64,000 nt of DNA from Octopus sinensis (Eukaryota). Below are positions 26,328-39,267 of this stretch, piece after piece (the stretch's first letter is position 1; every line of letters starts with the position of its first letter). A program made the translations under genes and the position numbers. Location of the stretch: contig NC_043003.1 in NCBI RefSeq assembly GCF_006345805.1, positions 27,652,001 to 27,716,000 on the forward strand. The letters run 5' to 3'. The notes under the pieces were generated by a model. It ran no database searches. It worked only from the letters and a program-made list of their open reading frames with translations, and was not told the origin of the DNA.

Positions 26328-27365
26328 ATATATATATGTATGTATGCATATATATATATACACACTAGTGTATCACATGTTATATGATGGATTAATTTGG
26401 ATGTATACTTTTGTCACCATGGGCAACGTCAGGGAATGTAGCATACATATGACAATTTATTTCAACTTGCATGAAATTTCTTGGTGCTTTAACAGAATGA
26501 TGAAATGAATATTGATTTTCAAAAGAGAAATTATCTTAAAACATAAGAAAAAAACAAAAAAAATTCTCATTTGCGTAACTCCTGCAGTAACTACAGTCAT
26601 TTACCCCACTTTCCTCTACCTCTTCTTTCTTTCCCACTCCTCCTCCTGTCTCTGATTATTTCACTCTCTTATTGTGTATGTGTGTGTGTGTAGTGTTTGT
26701 TCACTCATTGCCTGCCACCAAGTTTTATATAATCGCTCATCTTGCACCTCATATGTTAACTCTTTTCTACAACACATTCCTCTTCTCTCTGTACAATGTA
26801 AAACATGACTGGAGAATCAACCAACCAGCATTTACACTGGCTATTACAAACACACACACAAATATATATATATATATATATATATATCTTTTCTTTTTTA
26901 ACTTTTACTGTTTCAGTCATTACACTGTGCCAAAGCTAGGGCACTGCCTTGAAGGGATTTAAACAAATTATACCCACTTTATTTTTGTGAAGCCTGGTAC
27001 TTATTCTATCAATCTCTTTGCCAAACTGCTAAGTTGTAGGGACATAGATACACCAATATTGATTGTCAATCAGCGGTGGTGGTGGTGGGGGAAACACAAA
27101 CAGGAAGACACACACACATAGATATATACATACAAACACACACACACATATATATACATATATATGATGGGCTTCTTTCAGTTTCCGCCTACCAAATCCA
27201 TTCACAGGCTTTGGTCGGCCTGGGGCTATAGCAGAAGACGTGGGACTATAGCAGAAGCAGTGGGACTGAACCCAGAACCAAGTGGTTGGTAAGCAAGCTA
27301 CTTACCACACAGCCACTCCTGCGTCTGTGTGTAGATAGACCAATAAATAGAGATAGATAGATATG

Positions 27366-27960
27366 TTTCTTTATTAGCCACACAGGGCTGAACACAGATG
27401 GGACAGATTACAAAGTAGAGCTTTTCTTTTTTGGGGAGAAAAGAAATAAAAAAGGGTAGGTTTTCGCTCAAAAGGGATCGTAAAAGGGAAAGAAAGAAAA
27501 AGAAAAAAAAAACGATCAATAGGGATCGTGTATCACAGAAATGTCATGATGTATAGTGTAAAGGGGGAAGCAGATAAGGTTTATCTGTGGAAAGAAAAGC
27601 TTACGATAAAGACCATGGTAACCTCGGTCAATAATGTGACATGTTACCACATTTGTTTGCATGTAGGTAACCCTCTGTTTTTAATTTTTCCGGGTTCATA
27701 GGATTATGCTCAAAGTGGCTTCGTCATTCATATGTGTCATCCTTGCTACATTCATGCATCTTTTTTAGAAACATTCGCTAGACAAAACTTGCCTTTCTCA
27801 CTTTCCTTTTCAAGTGATACTTGAAGAAGTTGATGAGCGATTGACCAGAGAGGAAAGCATTTGTCTCCAATCCTTTCAGACGCGTCCACCAGATACATTC
27901 TCTCGCCATAGCCACAAGAATGGTGAAAATAGCTCTTCCTTCCCGTTTGAAGGAAGGAAG
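27366..27960 (-). mobile_element. L1/Tx1-type LINE 3' end, 5'-truncated at a (GA)n tract
   Basis: Minus translation REGRAIFTILVAMARECIWWTRLKGLETNAFLSGQSLINFFKYHLKRKVR resembles L1/Tx1 ORF2 C-termini (A..CIW..R motif), followed by a 3' UTR ending GGCTAATAAAGAAA. Confidence 0.65.
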
Positions 27961-27962
27961 GA

Positions 27963-28001
<39 letters not shown>

Positions 28002-28497
28002 TCACAATAATAATATTATTTTGTTTAAGAGTGTATGAACAACAGATCCAAAGAACAAGAAATAGCAGCCAATTTTTTTAAAATCACTCATCTGCTTGTA
28101 TGTCAGTGACAATCATTTACAACTATTACAAATATTATTTTGTTTAAGAGTGTATGAACAACAGACCCAAAGAACAAAGGCTAATGAAATAATAGGGAAT
28201 ATAGTAAACTAGTTAAGTTAGTGTAAGAGAATTAGTAATTATTCAGGTGCTATATAGCTCTCATTATAATGCCTATTTACCAAGGGTCAGACAAGACTAT
28301 GTTGGGGTTGGGTTCTCTGTGACCAGATACTCTTTTTGCTGATGTGAGCCCTCAGTAGCTTCCAAGTGTGGTAACAGTCTTCAAGTCAATTGGACAAGGA
28401 ATAATCCAGAGGTAACAATTGCAGCGTGGAAGGTATTTATAAGCCATTTAAGAAACACACAAAAACTGTTAGATTCACTTCAACATTTAAATTTAAT

Positions 28498-28546
28498 TTG
28501 TCAAAATATTTTCGTCACTTTGAGACCGTGACCTGTTCACTGACAA
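28498..28546 (-). ncRNA. Type-I hammerhead-like motif with a G3-C8 swapped core
   Basis: TTGTCA-GTGAACA-G-GTCAC-GGTCTCAAA-GTGAC-GAA-AATATT-T-TGACAA: 6-bp stem I, 5-bp stem II, palindromic stem III. Confidence 0.6.
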
Positions 28547-28565
28547 AACTTTGTGCTGCATCTCC

Positions 28566-28614
28566 TTGTTAGTGAACAGGTCGTGGTCTCAAAGCAACGA
28601 AAATATTTTGACAA
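28566..28614 (+). ncRNA. Second copy of the G3-C8 hammerhead-like motif (right arm)
   Basis: TTGTTA-GTGAACA-G-GTCGT-GGTCTCAAA-GCAAC-GAA-AATATT-T-TGACAA; stem II has one mismatch and one wobble. Confidence 0.5.
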
Positions 28615-28958
28615 ATTATATTTAAATGTTGAAGTGAATCTAACGGTTTTTGTGTGTTTCTTAAACGGCTTATAAACACCTTCCACACTGCAATTGTTTT
28701 CGTTCTAGCACACAATCTCAGATCAGGTCACTTGCTATGCAAGTACATCTCCGTAAATCCAGAGGTAGTTATGCAGATAACTGGAAACAAACGACACTTT
28801 TCAAATCAAATGTTTGTTTGCAATCAGTAAAAACATATGAAGACAAGGAAAAATATGAATCTGCTTGCACAGTGAGCAAGTGTGTTAGTTTGTATGTGTG
28901 TACACACATACACATCAATATATATATATAAATGTACACAGATACACATTGCTATATA

Positions 28959-29679
28959 CAGTAATCCCTCACCATATCACAGTTCACCTATTGTGGTTCA
29001 CCTATCATGGTTTATTATTTAAGCTTACATTGATTCCTCCGTGGTGTCGTTTTGCATTTATAATGAAACGAGACAGAAGTTTCATAAACTACAAAATATA
29101 AATATCCACACTACCACACTTAAAATCTACATGCTATAACTTTTTATCTTGATTTGAATGTACATAAAGGTATTTAGAATGTCCAAACTTATTTCTGTAA
29201 ATGTGCTAAGCACTGGTGCTGATCATAGTTTAATCAATAAGCGTAGGAGTGAGGTAAATGCAATAAAAATGTGGGGGAGGACATTTAAGCGGCCCTTCAG
29301 AAATTGAATCTTCTTACGATACTCCTTGGGGGTTCATGGTATGAAATTCATTGTCATTTAGTTTAAAATGCAGTAAAAATAGTTTGGGGAGGGGGCAGTG
29401 GGGCCCCAATTAGGTGGCCCTTAAAAAAATTGACCCCCTTAGGACATTCCCAGAGATTGCTGGTTTGAGTTTCGGTGTCCTTACACCAATGGCCTTGGAG
29501 GAGTTAACAAACATAAAAATGTAACGGACAGAGAAACATCACTCAAATTTATAATAGGATATATATATATACAAATTATACAAATAATAAAAAAATATAC
29601 AGTACAGTAGTTTCTAGTTCATAGATTTTCACCTATTGTAGGGGGTTATGGAATGTAACACTCATGACAGTTGAGGGAT

Positions 29680-29684
<5 letters not shown>
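28959..29684. mobile_element. Tc1/mariner-pogo-like MITE carrying a nested Helitron-like element
   Basis: TA|CAGTAATCCCTC at the left end, degenerate GAGGGATTGTTT|TA at the right end. Confidence 0.5.
29200..29559 (-). mobile_element. Non-autonomous Helitron-like element
   Basis: 5' A|TCCTATTATAAATTTGAGTGATGTTTCTCTGTCCGTTAC; degenerate 3' hairpin AGCAC-CA-GTGCT-TAG. Confidence 0.45.
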
Positions 29685-29711
<27 letters not shown>

Positions 29712-30954
29712 TTCCACTCATGTGGTACCTTACAACTTCACTTTGTTATATATATATATATAGTACTTTTTTTTATTAACCCTGTAAAGATGAAAAGTAA
29801 AGTTGATAAACTGAGTACCAGTCAAGCATTGGGGTAAATTCTAATAGCAGTTTATCAATCTCTCTCTCTCTCTCCCTCTCTATAGCTCTAACTGTTTGTT
29901 GTCCGTTTGTCTCCCTCTCATTCTGTATCTGTCTCTCCCCATCTTTTTATCTGTCTGTCTGTCTGTTTCTATCTCTCTCACTTCTTCTCGTACTCACTCT
30001 TTCTTTATCTCTCTCTCTCTCACTATATATATATATATACTATACACATCTGTCTGTCTGTCTATCTATCTATCTCTCCGTCTCTGTTTATCAATCTCTT
30101 AATCCAACTCTCCCACTTTCTGTCCGTCTGTCTGTCTGCTACTCTCTCTCTTTCAGGAATGCTTAAGTTGTGTTAAATGAAGGATTATGTAAAACCACTC
30201 ACAGAGTCCATATTTATTCCACAGTTGGAGGAATGAGTATGAGTTGGCAACATCTATCTTCTCATAGAAAAAAACTGACAGAATCGGAATTGAAACTGTC
30301 TAAGAATAGTACAATGTGCAGTTCAGAGCAGAACAGTAATTAACAAGACAAATTACTTAATGAGTTTCACCACATTTAATGCAGGGAGCATTGAAATGTA
30401 AACTAAAAATAATTATGCATCTAGGAAAACTATAATATTAGGTCAAAAACTAATATTATTTTAATTGTTTTAGTAATTACGTGAACATACGTTTCCTTAG
30501 AACATCATTATTATTAATTAGCTCTTTAACTGACAATTCATTAATTTATGTGAATATTAACTTAACCATTTCAAAGTTATTTGACATAGTAATAATAATC
30601 CTTTCTACTATAGGAACAAAGCTTGAAATTTAAGGTAAGGGGCTAGTTGATTACATTGACCCCAGTATCTAACTGGTATTTATTTTATAGAACCTGATAG
30701 GATGAAAAGCAAAGTCAACCTTGGTGAGATTTGAACTCAGAATGTAAACCTGGAAGAAACGCTGCAAGGCATTTTGTCCAGCATGCTAACAATTCTGCCA
30801 GATGGCATAAGGTCAGTAATTTTAAGAGGAGGAGATAAGTCTTTCATATCAGCCCCAGTGTTCAACTGGTACTTATTCCATTGACCCTCAAAAGGATGAA
30901 AGGCAAAGTCAATTTTGGCGGAATTTGAACTCAGAATAGATTGGGCTGAAAGAA

Positions 30955-31190
30955 ATACTTATTTCTTTATTGCCCACAAGGGTTAAACATAGAAGGGGAC
31001 AAACAAGGACAGACAAAGGGATTAAGTTGATTACATCGACCCCAGTGCGTAATTGGTACTTAATTTATCGACCCCGAAATGATGAAAGGCAAAGTCGACC
31101 TCGGTGGAATTTGAACTCAGAATGTAACGGCAGACGAAATACCACTAAGCATTTCATCCAGGGTGCTAACATTTCTGCCAGCTCACCGCT
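30955..31190 (-). mobile_element. SINE family B within a cluster of B fragments (about 30600-31440)
   Basis: Full reverse-complemented copy; explains ORF 30970..31338. Confidence 0.8.
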
Positions 31191-32204
31191 GAAAGAAATA
31201 CCGCTGAGCATTTCGTCTGTAGGCTTAATGATTCTTGAGTTTCGGAAAAATGCATTTTGGCATTTGTTTCAGCTCTTTTTGAGTTCAAATCCACCCAAAG
31301 TCAACTTTGCATTTTGCCCTTTCACAGTCAAGTACTAGTGTTAATGTTCTTACAGTTCTGCTAATCCATTGTCTTGAAAGGATGAAAAGCAGAGTTGATC
31401 TGAGTAGGATTTGAACTCAGAGCAAGAGGGCCAGAACAAATACTTGTTCCAATGCTCTAATGATTCTGCCAAAATCACTGCTTATTTATCTGCTGTAGTT
31501 TTGTTTAACACCCAGGTCATTCCTAATTCAACAGATTTATGATCAAAGGTATCCCTGCCATGACCATCACACCTTATTTTGTTTTAAAAGAGGCACAAAG
31601 TTTCAAGGACTACATTAATGTGTCCTTCCATTTTCATAAGGTATGAGTTGAAGATTTGGCTGCTGTTTCTAGGATATCAAGTAGACAAATTGAATTTCTC
31701 GTGTTTTCATTGCTGTTGAAGTCATCTTTCATGTTTAATCCTAGATCAGTTCTGATCCAACAGATCTGTGATCAAAAGTATTCCAAGCATGGCCATCCAT
31801 ATCTATGATCAAAGCACTCCAACCATTCCATCCCTGCTTGGTTTTCCAGTCATAGTATATCTTTGACTACCAAACATCTAACATACAGCCAGATATTTAA
31901 AAAAGAGAGGTATAATGAATGGGACAACTGACCTCAGTATATCACTGGAATCTATTCTGGAGATGCTCTTTTCTCCTTGTCATCCATCAATATGAATGAT
32001 AAAAGTGAAAACCAGGTAGGCTTTGAAGTCAGAACATAAGAGGACAAACTGGTGAACTTTAAGGGAGAGTACAAAATATAGCAAGACGTTACACACAATA
32101 CAATATTTGATGGTGATGGCCATGGCACTGACCGTTGCGAGAAGAAATACTGATTTCTCAAGTTACAAATGGATCACAGTATTGAATTATAAAAACATTT
32201 AATA

Positions 32205-32345
32205 TACTTTGTCATATAGATCCGCAAAATCTTAGGCCTAACATGGTACAACAAGGTCACCAATGTTGAAGTTCTATCGCAGGCGAATCTTCAAAGCATG
32301 ACAGCTATCTTGTGTATGAGAAGACTGAGGTGGCTGGAGCATGTA
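32205..32345 (+). mobile_element. RTE/BovB-like LINE fragment
   Basis: IRKILGLTWYNKVTNVEVLSQANLQSMTAILCMRRLRWLEHV. Confidence 0.8.
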
Positions 32346-32369
32346 TACACACACACACCATATATATAT

Positions 32370-33120
32370 ACACAGCTTCTAACAATATCAGAGACCTGGG
32401 TGTAATTGTAGATAACAATCTCAGTTGGAGTGCCCACATCAACAATAAGGTCGATATAGCTCGTAGGATGAGCTCCTGGATCTTAAGAACCTTCCGGTCC
32501 AGAGAACAAGGTGTTATCATTCCACTTTTCTCCTCCTTTGTACAGCCACACCTCGAATACTGCTGTCCCTTGTGGTCTCCCCATACAAAACAAAACATTT
32601 TGAGTATTGAATCACCCCAGAGGTCACTCACTAAATGAATTGAAGGCATGACTGATCTCGATTATTGGGACTGCCTTAAAACCTTCAAATTCTACTCTCT
32701 CCAGTACTGCTGCAAGTGGTACATCATTTTTACGATGTGGAGATTACCGCCAGCATTGCCCAACGACCTGAACATTAGTTTCAGGTTCATCCAAGGTTGG
32801 GACCACAGGCTGTAAGTCCCCTGCCCATTCAGGATCACAACATATGGTACACTGCGACATAATTTCTATTCCTCACAGGCCCTACACTGTTGAACATTGT
32901 CCTGAAGAGATCAAAGTGGAAAAGGATCCCATCACCTTTAAACAGAGTCTAGACAGACTCTTAAGGAATATGGATAAGCCCACCCATACCTGGATACACT
33001 CACTCAACAAGAACTCACTACTTGAATGGACCTAACAAAACTTGACTTAAACAGGATTTAGATATCCTATCAGGTGGTGCTATTAAGTTAGACATGGGCT
33101 GGACCAATCTTGGTCGAACA
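32370..33120 (+). mobile_element. CR1-clade LINE RT C-terminal remnant with stops and frameshifts
   Basis: IRDLGVIVDNNLSWSAHINNKVDIARRMSSWILRTFRSRE...PLFSSFVQPHLEYCCPLWSP...FKQSLDRLL...NKNSLLEW. Confidence 0.9.
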
Positions 33121-33129
33121 TATCTAAAT

Positions 33130-33178
33130 TTATATAATATATATAAATACCACACACACACACATATATATATGATAT

Positions 33179-33209
<31 letters not shown>

Positions 33210-33227
33210 CATACATGATATAGATAT

Positions 33228-33272
<45 letters not shown>

Positions 33273-33335
33273 CATGATATAGATATATACATACATATAT
33301 ATATATATATACACATGATATAGATATATACATAC

Positions 33336-33368
<33 letters not shown>

Positions 33369-33560
33369 ATATGTATGATATATACATATATATGATATAT
33401 ACATATAACATATATATGATATATACACATATATATATATATATGATATATACACATATATATAAACACATACATATATATAAACCCACATCCACACACA
33501 TGTACACACACAACCATCCATACACATGTGTACGTGCATACACAGACACACACACACATA
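33130..33560. repeat. (TA)-rich microsatellite with a recurring CATACATGATATAGATATATA unit
   Basis: Seen directly. Confidence 0.9.
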
Positions 33561-33753
33561 TGAAAAACAGATGAAGCAGCAGAGGTTGAACATTCATGAA
33601 CATAAGCGTGTTCGGCCAGAGTTGACCTGGAAGAGTAAACAATAACAACAACAACAACAACATCCACAGTACCTCCTGCCCTCCTCCTCATCATCATGAT
33701 CATTATCATTGGTAACAACAGGTAAATAACCATAACAAACATATTTAACTAAC

Positions 33754-34278
33754 CCGAATAGTTGTAATGGTATACTGCTCAACCAAGTACATGGGTGTGT
33801 CCTGCATACTGAGTGTGCGCTTGGTGGTGGAACGACGCTTTCTGATCACTCTGCCATTGCTGCTGTATGAGCGCCGTTCAATAAACCTGTGGTCTTGTTG
33901 CACCACACTGGCGTTCACTGCAACCAGCTGCAGATTGTCTTCTGTTTCATCGGAGGCCTCCGTGTCCTTTTGTAAATCCATGTTTAAAACTGACCACTGG
34001 TCTGAGTCGGTCTGGGCCTGTGTGTTAATATGAGGGGCTGCAACTGTTGTTGTAGCAGAGGTGGTGGTGGTGGTGGTGGCAGTGCTGGTAGTATTGGTGG
34101 TGATGGTGGTGCTGGTGGTAATGGTAGTGGCGTCGGTGGTGGTGGTAGCAGCATTGCTTGTGGATATGTTTGAGATGTTTACTGGGGTTGGCAGATCCAT
34201 GGCATAGCAGTCAAGGTTGGAGTCACACTCTTTGTCACTGGAGCTTGGCTCATGTGCCATTGTCACTTCGGGGGACAT
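33754..34278 (-). CDS. Probable first coding exon (175 codons, MSPEVTMAHE...YTITTIR; exon begins at 34299) of the TBC1D1/4-like gene
   Basis: Long polypyrimidine tract then cctAG|GTGTGC at 34299, in-frame TGA before the ATG at 34278, non-repetitive protein-like ORF, donor CGG|GTTAGT in phase 0, compatible with the 3763 acceptor. No homology recognised, so the link to the gene is inferred. Confidence 0.65.
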
Positions 34279-34832
34279 GATCCCTCAAATGAGGCACACC
34301 TAGGATAACACAAGATTGTTGAAAGGAGGTAGAAGTGAGAATGAAAAAATAAGCCTGAGTGTATATGCAAATGTGATATGAGTGTGTGTGTGTGTGTGTG
34401 TGTGTGACTAGAAGGAAGACTACAGATTTTTTTCTTCTTTTTACTCTGTGTTTATGTTTGCCAATATTGAGTCCCAGTAAGAGATAGTGGAGTGGGGATT
34501 AGGCTTCTCCAGAAGCAAGAGTCACTTGAGTGTCACCTAGAATGCCATTTCTGACCACCATCTCATCTTTGTTTTTTTTCTTCTTCTTGAAACAAAGGTG
34601 AAATTTCCAAGCCTGAAAATTGTCCAGTTTTTCTGGCCCAATTCTAAAGCAAAGAAGGATGCTGTGGTTGAACCTGGGTACAATGTTTCTGATCGAGATC
34701 AGAATAGTCCAAATAAGAACATTTAATACTTGGATCCGAAGTATGCATATATGAGTACTGGTATAAGTGTGGGTGTCCAATTTTCACTATATATACATAT
34801 ATATAACGTAGCACTTAGTATCCGAGTATGAG

Positions 34833-34880
<48 letters not shown>

Positions 34881-35439
34881 ACACTTGATGCCTGAAGTAT
34901 ATGTAAAAGATACTGGAATGAGTTTTGGTATACAATATCAAGGATAGGTATTTGTGGTTGAGTATAAGAGTATATATTTACATATAGCAATTAATGTCCA
35001 AGTATGAGTATATATTATATAATAGTACTAGAGTATAAGTATGTGTATGTATGTGTATATATATATATATATATATATCTAACACTTGGTACTTGATTGT
35101 AAATATATAATACTTGTTGTCTGAGTATGGGTACTTGATTTCCAAGTATAAATAACAAAAGTTATATATGTATGTGTGTGTGTGTGTGTTTATATATATA
35201 TATATAAAACTTGGTGTTTGAAATTTAGTATAGATTCCTGGTGAAAAACTTAGTACAGGGGAAAATCGACGGACTTTTCATTGTATTGGTTGTGATATTA
35301 AGTCAGGTAAAATATATTTTGATTGAGCATGAAGTATAAACCGCTGTCCAAGTGAAGGAATCAAGATGTTTTTTCTTAACAAAGAAAAAAAAATGAAAAA
35401 GAAAAATGTATTCCTTGTTAGTGAAAAAGAATAAGGAGC

Positions 35440-35640
35440 ACTGTGTCCGAGTCAAAGTATTGACATTTGTCCAAGAATTAAATACAAAGTGTTATCCCTG
35501 GAAACTAAAAGCAGGAGAAATAGGAGTAATAAAAACCCAACGAAACATGATCCAAGGACCTACAGGAGTGAGACTGTGTAAAAAAGCACTGGATGATCAC
35601 TTGAATGTAGGAAAACTGTCCGAGCCCAAAAAAGACTGCT
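35440..35640 (+). mobile_element. Old CR1-like LINE 3' remnant
   Basis: VRLCKKALDDHLNVGKLSEP weakly resembles the CR1 C-terminal VFKxxLDxxL...DEP motif. Confidence 0.4.
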
Positions 35641-36494
35641 CTCGGTCAACAACAATAACAACAACTACACAAGGATGGTGGTAATTAAGTTTGCCAAATG
35701 TTGCTATTTCCTCTGCAGTGTCGTCAGAGGTGATGTTTGTACTGATGGTGGCTGTGGTGGTATTTGTAATAGTGGTAGTGGTGGTGGTGGTGATGGTGGT
35801 ACTGACAGTGGTTGTGATAGTGATGTTTGGACTGGTGGTGGTGGTGGTGATGGTGGTGGTGTATTAGTCTGTTAATAAGTATGACCATTGTTTCTAAGTT
35901 TGTCTGTCTGTCTGTCTGTGTGTCTGGACACTGGCTGCTGCCATGAGTGAGTGTGTGTGTGTGTGTGTCTGTGTATAAACATATGTATGTATATGTGTGT
36001 ATGTATGTATGTATATGTGTGTATGTATGTATGTATGTTTGCATGTGGATTGTGTGTGTATGTGTATGTATATATATATATATATATATACACTCGCATA
36101 GATAAATATATACACATGCTTTCAGATACACACACATATACACATTCACATACATACATGTATATATGTGTGTGTGAGCATATGTGTGTACATGTGTGTG
36201 TGTATGTATATGTGTGTGTATGTTATATGTATGATTTGTGTCATATGACCTCTGGCGTCAATATAGTGAAGGTAGGGCCTTTATCCCCCACTCCTTCCCT
36301 ACTCTACACACCACTTTAAGCTTTCTACACACACCAGCATCATCACCACCATCATCAATACCAGTTGTAGCATCGCCGCCACAACCACCACCATGCTTCT
36401 CGCTGTGTCTGTTGGATGAAGAGAAGGAGAGAGAGAGCAAAGGTAGAAAACCGAGACAGAGAGATGAAGAGACTGAAAAAGAGAGATACAGGGA

Positions 36495-36534
<40 letters not shown>

Positions 36535-37399
36535 GAAACAGAAGAAGAGAGAGGGAGGTACAGGAGAGGGAGAAAGAGAAAGAAATATATACGTTACGCA
36601 TACAGATATGCAGACACACACACACACACACTTATATATATATGTGCATCTTATGCCTGTATGTGCACATGTAAGTGTATGTGTGTGAGTGTCTGTGCAT
36701 GTGTAAGTATGTATATCTATATATGTATGTAAGTGTGTGTATGTGTGCAATGAGGTTTTTTGTAATGAAAGATCCAATATAATTGACAAAAGTAAGATTA
36801 TGCTAAATATCTTATGTATGGAAGGAAATAAGCAACATCTTCAAATACGTCATGGAAGATGGGTGAAGTTGTCTGTGGTATGTGTGTGTGTGTGTGAGTA
36901 ATGGTGGTAGTAATGCTAGCAGAGTAGAAGGTTGATATCTAGGTATTATTATAATGGATTATTCTGAGCTCAAATCCTACTAGAGTCAACTTCGCTTTTC
37001 ATCTTTATGGGGTTGATATAATAAGTACCAGTTGAGCACTGGGGTCAATGTAATCAACTAGACACCCTCCCCCAATATTTTAGGCCTTGTGCCTATTGTT
37101 GAAAGGATTATTATAATTATTATTATTATTATCATTAGTAGTAGTAGAAGTATAAGTATTACTATTAGTATTAGTATTATTTAAAGGGAAATTGCTAGTA
37201 CACTGAGCAAAACACTTAGCAGTATTCTGTCCATCTGAGCTCAAATGCCACTGAGGTTGACTTAACCTTTCATTCTTTCGGAGTCAATAAAAAAAGTAGC
37301 AGTTGAACACTGGGGGGGGGGGGAGGGTCAATGTAATCAACTTACCCCTTCCCCTGAAATTTCAGACCTTCAATCATAATAGAAAGGATTGTTATTTTC

Positions 37400-37712
37400 T
37401 GTACCGGTGGCATGTGAAAAAGACATTTGAGCGAGGTCGTTGCCAGTGCCACTGGACTGGCTCCTGTGCAGGTGGCATGTAAAAACACCATTTGAGTGTG
37501 GCCGTTGCCAGTACAATCTGATTGGCCTTTGTGCCGGTGGCACGTAAAAGCACCCACTACAGTCTTGGAGTGGTTGGCGTTAGGAAGGGCATCCAGCTGT
37601 AGAAACTCTGCCAGATCAAGATTGGAGCCTGGTGCGGCCATCTGGTTTGCCAGTCCTCAGTTAAATCCCCCAACCCATGCTAGCATGGAAAGCAGACGTT
37701 AAACGATTATGA
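37400..37712 (+). mobile_element. Family C retroposon
   Basis: Matches the 1845 copy. Confidence 0.8.
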
Positions 37713-39222
37713 TGATGATGATTGTCATCATCATCATTGTTGTTAAGGTGGCAAGCTGCCAGAATCATTAGCACACTGGACAAATGCTTAGCGGCATTTC
37801 ATCCGTCTTTACATTCTGAGTTCAAATTGACTTTGCCTTTCATCCTTTCAGTTGTCAGTAAATTAAGTACCTGTTACACACTGAAGTTAATGTAATTGAC
37901 TTAGCCCCTCCCCACAAATTTCAGGCCTTGTACCTTTAGTAGAAAGGATTATTATTGTTGTTGTTAAGGCAGTAAGCTGGCAGAATCGTTAGTATACCAG
38001 GCAAATGCTTAGAGGAACTTCATCTGTCTTCACATTCTGAGTTCAAATTCTGCCAAGGTTGATTTTTGCTTTTCATCCTTTATGGGTCAATAAATTAAGT
38101 ACCAGTTACGCACTGGGATTGATGTAATCGACTAGTCTCCTTCTTACAAATTTTAAGCCTTGTGCTCATAGTGGAAAGAATTAATATTATTATTGAGTGA
38201 AAGAGCAGGACATGCCATCAAAGTGATGCTGGGGTAAAAACATACGAAATTCAATATACCCATCACTACTACCCATCTGATAAGAGTACACCAGGCACAT
38301 GCATCACAACCATATTCGCATGAAATGATGATTTCATATCAAGATAAACAGCACATGACCTTGAAGGTGGGGCCCAATTAGAATTTTCTCCAAGTCAAGT
38401 AGCCCATCCCACTCAAAAGGTCCTGGAATAAGAGTTCTTTAAGGATGATTAACGAAACACTCATGTTTCCAGCAGTGAATTATTCAAACCCCAAAGAACT
38501 CGTCTCAACACATGGCTATGATGTTCCCCCATAACTCCTGCTTATGAACAGAGATGCACATATTGTCAACCACTAAGAGACATGCTAAACTGGTTCAGGT
38601 CAAGCAGCTGACAAGCATATCTGCAAAATTGAGCAGAATATTTGCCATAGCTCAATGTTGTTGTTGTTATTTAAAGTCTAGCTGTGATACTGGCATGACT
38701 TGGATGGCTAGACAGGGTCTGATGACTCAAAAATCCATGTAATGCATCAATGTCTCCATTGGCATGGCCTCTACAGCTGGATGCCCTTCCTAATGCAAAC
38801 AACCTTATAGAATGAACTGGGTACTTTATCCGTGGTTCCAGCACTAGTGATGATTTCTTTGTAACAAGCAGGACTAAGGCCCTAAAGTGGACTAGATAAC
38901 TGAGAAAAAAAACAAAAGAGAGAGTGGAGAGTGGGTAAATAATCCTTGGCAGAGAAATTCTCTTTCATTCACATTCAGATGGAAGTACTGAAATAAATGT
39001 CTGGATCATCTGATTCCCTCTCACGTACTGTGGACACCCACACATGAGGCACAAGCATGATAGTGTGGTTAATTAGTTCACTTTTCACTGCCAGATGGTT
39101 TCAGGTTCAGCTCCAATGCATGACACTTTGGGGTGTGTATCTTCTACTATAGACCCAAGTTCATCAAAGCCTTGTGTATAGATTTGGTTGACAGAATCTG
39201 AAACCTACCACGTATACACACA

Positions 39223-39267
<45 letters not shown>

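Larger units (their letters stand above)
28414..28757. mobile_element. Foldback element: about 132-bp inverted arms (28414-28545 / 28566-28698) with a hammerhead-like motif in each arm and a unique extension to 28757
   Basis: Arms pair over their full length with scattered mismatches; a related truncated copy lies at 49294-49470. Confidence 0.85.

Noticed and set aside
32305-33035. ORFs 32312..32638 and 32844..33035 as host genes
   Set aside because: Fragments of a CR1 reverse transcriptase with stops and frameshifts
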